Below the pieces are notes generated by a model. The model made no database searches. It was not told the origin of the DNA and was given only the letters and a program-made list of their open reading frames with translations. A stretch of DNA of 48,622 nt from Bacteroidota bacterium (GTDB lineage: Bacteria; Bacteroidota; Rhodothermia; Rhodothermales; JBCCMF01), in NCBI GenBank assembly GCA_039026435.1, contig JBCCMF010000001.1, positions 1 to 48,622 on the forward strand. The letters run 5' to 3'. The position numbers and the translations under genes were made by a program. Shown one piece after another: positions 44,919 to 48,622 of this stretch; the stretch's first letter is position 1, and every line of letters starts with the position of its first letter.

Positions 44919-47765
44919 ATGCCGCGCTTCTTTTCTGCTGTCGCCTTGCTGCTCATCGCGTTCGCCCCGCTCGCGCTCGCGCAGGACGCCCCTGCCCCAC
45001 TGCCCGAAGACGCCGTGATCCCCCTCGACCCGCTCGTGCGCACGGGCACGCTGCCGAATGGTCTCACCTACTACGTCCGGCAGAACAGCCGCCCAGAGAA
45101 CCGCGCCGAGCTGCGCCTGGCCGTCAACGCGGGTTCGATCTTGGAGGACGACGACCAGCAGGGCCTGGCGCACTACCTGGAGCACATGGCCTTCAACGGC
45201 ACGGAGAAGTTCGCGAAGCAGGAGCTCGTTGACTACCTGGAGTCGATAGGCACGCGCTTCGGGCCAGACCTGAACGCGTACACGAGCTTCGACGAGACGG
45301 TGTACATGCTGCAGGTGCGCACCGACAGCATGGCGCAGTTCACCACAGGCATCGACGTGCTGCGCGAGTGGGCGGCCAACATCACGTTGGAGGAAGAGGA
45401 GATCGAGAAAGAGCGCGGCGTGATCATCGAGGAGTGGCGGCTGGGGCGCGGCGCGTTCGCGCGCATCCGCGAGGCGCAGTTCCCCGTGCTGCTCAAAGGG
45501 TCACAATATGCCGAGCGCCTGCCCATCGGCAAGAAAGAGAGCATCGAGTCGTTCGACGTTGAGACGTTCCAGCGCTTCTACAGCGACTGGTACCGCCCTG
45601 AGCTGATGGCCGTCGTGGCCGTGGGTGACTTCGACGTGGACGATGTGGAGGCGATGATCGTGGAGCAGTTCTCGTCGCTGGAAAACCCAGAAGACGCGCG
45701 GGAGCGTCCGGCCTATTCGGTGCCGGGCAACACCGCGCCCCTCGTGAAGGTCGCCACGGACCCCGAGCTGCCGTATGGCTCCGTCCAGGTCGTATACAAG
45801 CATCCGAAGGAGGACCGCAGCACGCTGTCGGGCTACCGCAAGGACCTCACCGAGTCGCTCTACTCGGTCATGTTCAACCAGCGCCTGCAAGAGCTGATAC
45901 AGAGCGCCGATCCGCCGTTCACGTTCGGCTCCGCCGGGCCAGGCACCTTCGTCAAGGGCGCCGACTTCTACAACCTGCAAGCCATCCTGGCGGGCGACGG
46001 CCATCTCAACGCGCTGGAGGTGCTGCTGACCGAGGCAGAGCGCGTGCGGCAACACGGCTTCACGCAGGCCGAGCTGGACCGCGCCAAGATCGACCTGCTG
46101 CGGTCGTTTGAGCAGGCCTACGCCGAGCGCGACAAGGGGGAGTCGCGCAGCTACGCCTCGCGCTACGTCAACCACTACCTGGACGGCGGCCCCTCGCCCG
46201 GCATCGCGTTCAGCTACCGCGCCAGCCAAGACATCGTGCCCATCATCACGCTGGAGGAGGTCAACTACCTTGTCACGCAGTACCTCACCGACGAAAACCG
46301 CGTCATCCTAGCCGACGGCAATGATCCCGAGATGATGCCCACCGAGGCCGAACTGCTGGCGGTGTTTGACGCTGTTGCGGCTAAGACCATCGAGCCGTAC
46401 GCCGAGGAACTGGTGGATGCACCGCTGATCGCCGAGATGCCGACGCGAGGCGGCGTGGTGGGCATGAGCGAAGAGGAGGAGGTCGGTGTGACGCGGGCTA
46501 CGCTGTCCAACGGCGTGAAAGTCGTGTTTAAAGAGACCGACTTCAAGAATGACGAGATCCTGTTCTCGGCCTACAGCCCCGGCGGTACCTCACTGGCGAG
46601 CGATGCCGAATACATCCCGGCGAGCTACGCGGCGGGCCTCGTGGCCCAAGGCGGCTTGGGCGAGTTTGGCCCCGTCGAGCTGTATAAGAAGATGACCGGG
46701 AAACTCGTCAACGTGCGCCCCAGCATCGGCAGCCGCTCAGAGGGCTTCTCCGGGTCGGCATCGCCCGAGGATATCGAGGCGCTGTTCCAGTTGGTCTACC
46801 TCCACTTCACCGCGCCGCGCGCCGATGAGACGGCCTTTGAGTCGTTCAAGAAGCGCATCGGGCAGTTCATGCTCGGCATGCAGGCCGACCCCGCCACGGC
46901 CTTCCGCGACACGATGGCGGTCGTGATGGCACAGAATCACCCGCGCGCGCAGCCGTTCTCGCAGGCCACGCTCGACGCGATGGACCTCGACGCCTCGTTC
47001 AAGTTCTACAAGGAGCGCTTTGCCGACGCGAGCGACTTCACGTTCTACTTCGTGGGCAATTTCGACACAGTGCCCATGCTGATGGAGCTTTCCAATACGT
47101 ATCTCGCCAGCCTGCCTACGCTGGATCGCTACGACAAGCCACGCAATGTGGGCATCGACACGCCCAAGGGCATCGTGACCAAGGTGGTGCAGCGCGGCGT
47201 GGAGCCGCAGGCACAGGTACGCATGGTCTTCACCGGCGAGGCCGACTGGTCGCAGGACAACCAGCGGCTGATGGGGACCATGACGCAGGCGTTTCAGATC
47301 AAGCTGCGCGAGGTGCTGCGCGAAGACCTGGGCGGCGTCTACGGCGTGGGCGCCTCGGGCCGCCTCAGCCGCGAGCCCATCCAGACGTACAGCATCTCGG
47401 TCAGCTTCGGCTGCGACCCCGAGCGTGTCAACGAACTGGTCGAGAGCGTCTATGCGCAGATCGCCAGCGTGAAGTCGGGCGCACTCGATGACACGTACGT
47501 GACGAAGGTGCGCGAGACCATCTTGCGCGGCCACGAGACCAACCTGAAGGAGAACCGCTACTGGCTCAGCACCCTCTCGTCGTTCGACCGTGCCGGCCTG
47601 GACGTCAACACGATCCCGACGGGTCTGCCGAGCTTCATGGAAACGATCACGCCGGCTATGCTGGAGGACGCGGCCAACCAGTACTTCAGCTTCGACAACG
47701 TGGCTACTTTCGTGCTCGTCCACGAAGACTTCGACGCCAGCACGCTTGAGCTGGAGCCGCGCTGA
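44919..47765 (+). CDS. M16-family (insulinase/pitrilysin-like) zinc peptidase, two-lobed
   Basis: The likely start is ATG 44919 'MPRFFSAVALLLIAFAPLALAQ' (signal). The inverted zinc motif is 'GLAHYLEHMAFNGT' (HxxEH), followed by 'EKERGVIIEEWR'. About 948 aa, so both M16 halves are in one chain. Confidence 0.88.
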   Translation: MPRFFSAVALLLIAFAPLALAQDAPAPLPEDAVIPLDPLVRTGTLPNGLTYYVRQNSRPENRAELRLAVNAGSILEDDDQQGLAHYLEHMAFNGTEKFAKQELVDYLESIGTRFGPDLNAYTSFDETVYMLQVRTDSMAQFTTGIDVLREWAANITLEEEEIEKERGVIIEEWRLGRGAFARIREAQFPVLLKGSQYAERLPIGKKESIESFDVETFQRFYSDWYRPELMAVVAVGDFDVDDVEAMIVEQFSSLENPEDARERPAYSVPGNTAPLVKVATDPELPYGSVQVVYKHPKEDRSTLSGYRKDLTESLYSVMFNQRLQELIQSADPPFTFGSAGPGTFVKGADFYNLQAILAGDGHLNALEVLLTEAERVRQHGFTQAELDRAKIDLLRSFEQAYAERDKGESRSYASRYVNHYLDGGPSPGIAFSYRASQDIVPIITLEEVNYLVTQYLTDENRVILADGNDPEMMPTEAELLAVFDAVAAKTIEPYAEELVDAPLIAEMPTRGGVVGMSEEEEVGVTRATLSNGVKVVFKETDFKNDEILFSAYSPGGTSLASDAEYIPASYAAGLVAQGGLGEFGPVELYKKMTGKLVNVRPSIGSRSEGFSGSASPEDIEALFQLVYLHFTAPRADETAFESFKKRIGQFMLGMQADPATAFRDTMAVVMAQNHPRAQPFSQATLDAMDLDASFKFYKERFADASDFTFYFVGNFDTVPMLMELSNTYLASLPTLDRYDKPRNVGIDTPKGIVTKVVQRGVEPQAQVRMVFTGEADWSQDNQRLMGTMTQAFQIKLREVLREDLGGVYGVGASGRLSREPIQTYSISVSFGCDPERVNELVESVYAQIASVKSGALDDTYVTKVRETILRGHETNLKENRYWLSTLSSFDRAGLDVNTIPTGLPSFMETITPAMLEDAANQYFSFDNVATFVLVHEDFDASTLELEPR

Positions 47766-47816
47766 CGCGCCTGATCGTGCCTCGCCTGGGCAGCCATCGC
47801 AGCACGCGCACTTCAT

Positions 47817-48215
47817 GTGAATACAATCCAAGGGTTTGCGCATGTTGCACGGCGCTCTGTAACTTGGTGTGTACTCGTGTGTATTACGCCGCCTGTGAGT
47901 CATCTCCGCCGACATAGTCTCTTGTGTGCGCTGCTGTTTGTCCTGGGCAGCGTGGTGCTGCCTGCGGTACACGCAGCCAGCCACGGCCTGCACGATCACG
48001 ACCATCACCACGGCGACGGCCTGCACGAGGTCGAGCATACGTTCGAGTGTGAACTATGCGCGCACCTCGCCCACGTCTCCGGCACACTCAACGCGACCAC
48101 GGCAGAGACGACGGTACTCCGCGTTGCCCCTAGCGCCGAGGCGCCCACTCCCCTCCTCCTTGTTGCCGATACGCATGCGCTCCAGTCGCCCCGCGCGCCG
48201 CCACACCGAGGCTAG
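47817..48215 (+). CDS. Hypothetical His-rich small membrane protein with CxxC
   Basis: Has a hydrophobic segment 'LLCALLFVLGSVVLPAV', then 'HAASHGLHDHDHHHGDGLHEVEHTFECELCAHLAH'. The start is uncertain (a GTG near 47896 is possible). It may be metal-related. No family assigned. Confidence 0.3.
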   Translation: MNTIQGFAHVARRSVTWCVLVCITPPVSHLRRHSLLCALLFVLGSVVLPAVHAASHGLHDHDHHHGDGLHEVEHTFECELCAHLAHVSGTLNATTAETTVLRVAPSAEAPTPLLLVADTHALQSPRAPPHRG

Positions 48216-48286
48216 CCGTACCGTCGCGGGGCACCGCGCCTAAGCGCGTTCTGCCCTACCCGTTCGTCGTATAGCCTCTACAGCCG

Positions 48287-48622
48287 ATGCTCGATTGGCT
48301 CGTTGTGGGCGGCGGGGTACACGGCACCCATATCTCCCATGTGCTTACGCAGCAGCTTGGCGTGCCTCGGCACCGGCTGCGCGTCGTCGATCCGCATCCT
48401 GCGTCCCTACACTTGTGGGCACAGCGGACGGCGACGGTGGGCATGCGGTTTATGCGGTCGCCGATGGTGCATCACCTCGATGTCCACCCGTTCAGCCTCA
48501 AACACTTTGCGTCGTCGGCGCCCATCGCCAACTGGGCGCGCTTCGCCTACCCGTTCAAGCGCCCGTCCCTGCCGCTCTTCAACGCGCACAGCCAGCGCGT
48601 CGTGGAGTCGTTCGGCCTGGAC
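48287..48622 (+). CDS. FAD/NAD(P)-binding oxidoreductase, 5' partial (runs off the window)
   Basis: ATG 48287 'MLDWLVVGGGVHGTHISHVL' is a Rossmann GxGxxG motif. The frame stays open for 112 codons to the window end. It is not in the track because no stop is reached. Confidence 0.5.
   Translation, partial: MLDWLVVGGGVHGTHISHVLTQQLGVPRHRLRVVDPHPASLHLWAQRTATVGMRFMRSPMVHHLDVHPFSLKHFASSAPIANWARFAYPFKRPSLPLFNAHSQRVVESFGLD

Noticed and set aside
1-48622. A scan for CRISPR arrays, tRNA or rRNA genes, prophage blocks and canonical toxin-antitoxin or restriction-modification operons.
   Set aside because: No regularly spaced direct repeats, no cloverleaf-like or rRNA-like segments and no phage structural genes were recognised by eye. 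A tRNAscan, Infernal or CRISPR-finder run would be needed to be certain.

Overview
High-GC (about 65%) bacterial chromosomal window. A T9SS C-terminal sorting domain, bshC and an HU-CCDC81/SPOR protein suggest a Rhodothermia-like member of Bacteroidota; this placement is inference only. Most of the window is housekeeping: CoA-binding protein, bshC, BFN nuclease, hisC-hisD, two tandem geranylgeranyl-reductase paralogs, an orphan histidine kinase, purA, a STAS protein, secD/secF, queC-queE, add, tatA, gatA and a PfkB kinase. It also encodes secreted or envelope proteins: M14, M6-like, S41 and M16 peptidases, an Asp-box T9SS cargo, and a large dehydrogenase/HEAT/azurin/ThuA fusion lipoprotein. 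A six-gene minus-strand envelope operon runs TPR, OM barrel, HU-like, HU/SPOR, ExbB, ExbD. No rRNA, tRNA or CRISPR array was seen. There are three accessory spots. (1) An IS481-family IS (5661..6955) has 26-bp imperfect inverted repeats, no target duplication and a truncated acyltransferase gene on one flank. (2) A roughly 400-bp low-GC insert sits at the 3' end of the aldehyde dehydrogenase gene; the gene end is replaced and its diverged original end is orphaned downstream. (3) The gatA/exbD junction is a mosaic in which diverged copies of both gene ends are interleaved around a low-GC DUF3800 gene and an untracked DUF433 ORF. A TGTCATCCC...GGGATGACA palindromic repeat family occurs four times. 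Many long antisense ORFs in the track are high-GC shadows, and several real ORFs have spurious N-terminal extensions; starts were re-picked by eye. All homology calls come from remembered family motifs, not from database searches.
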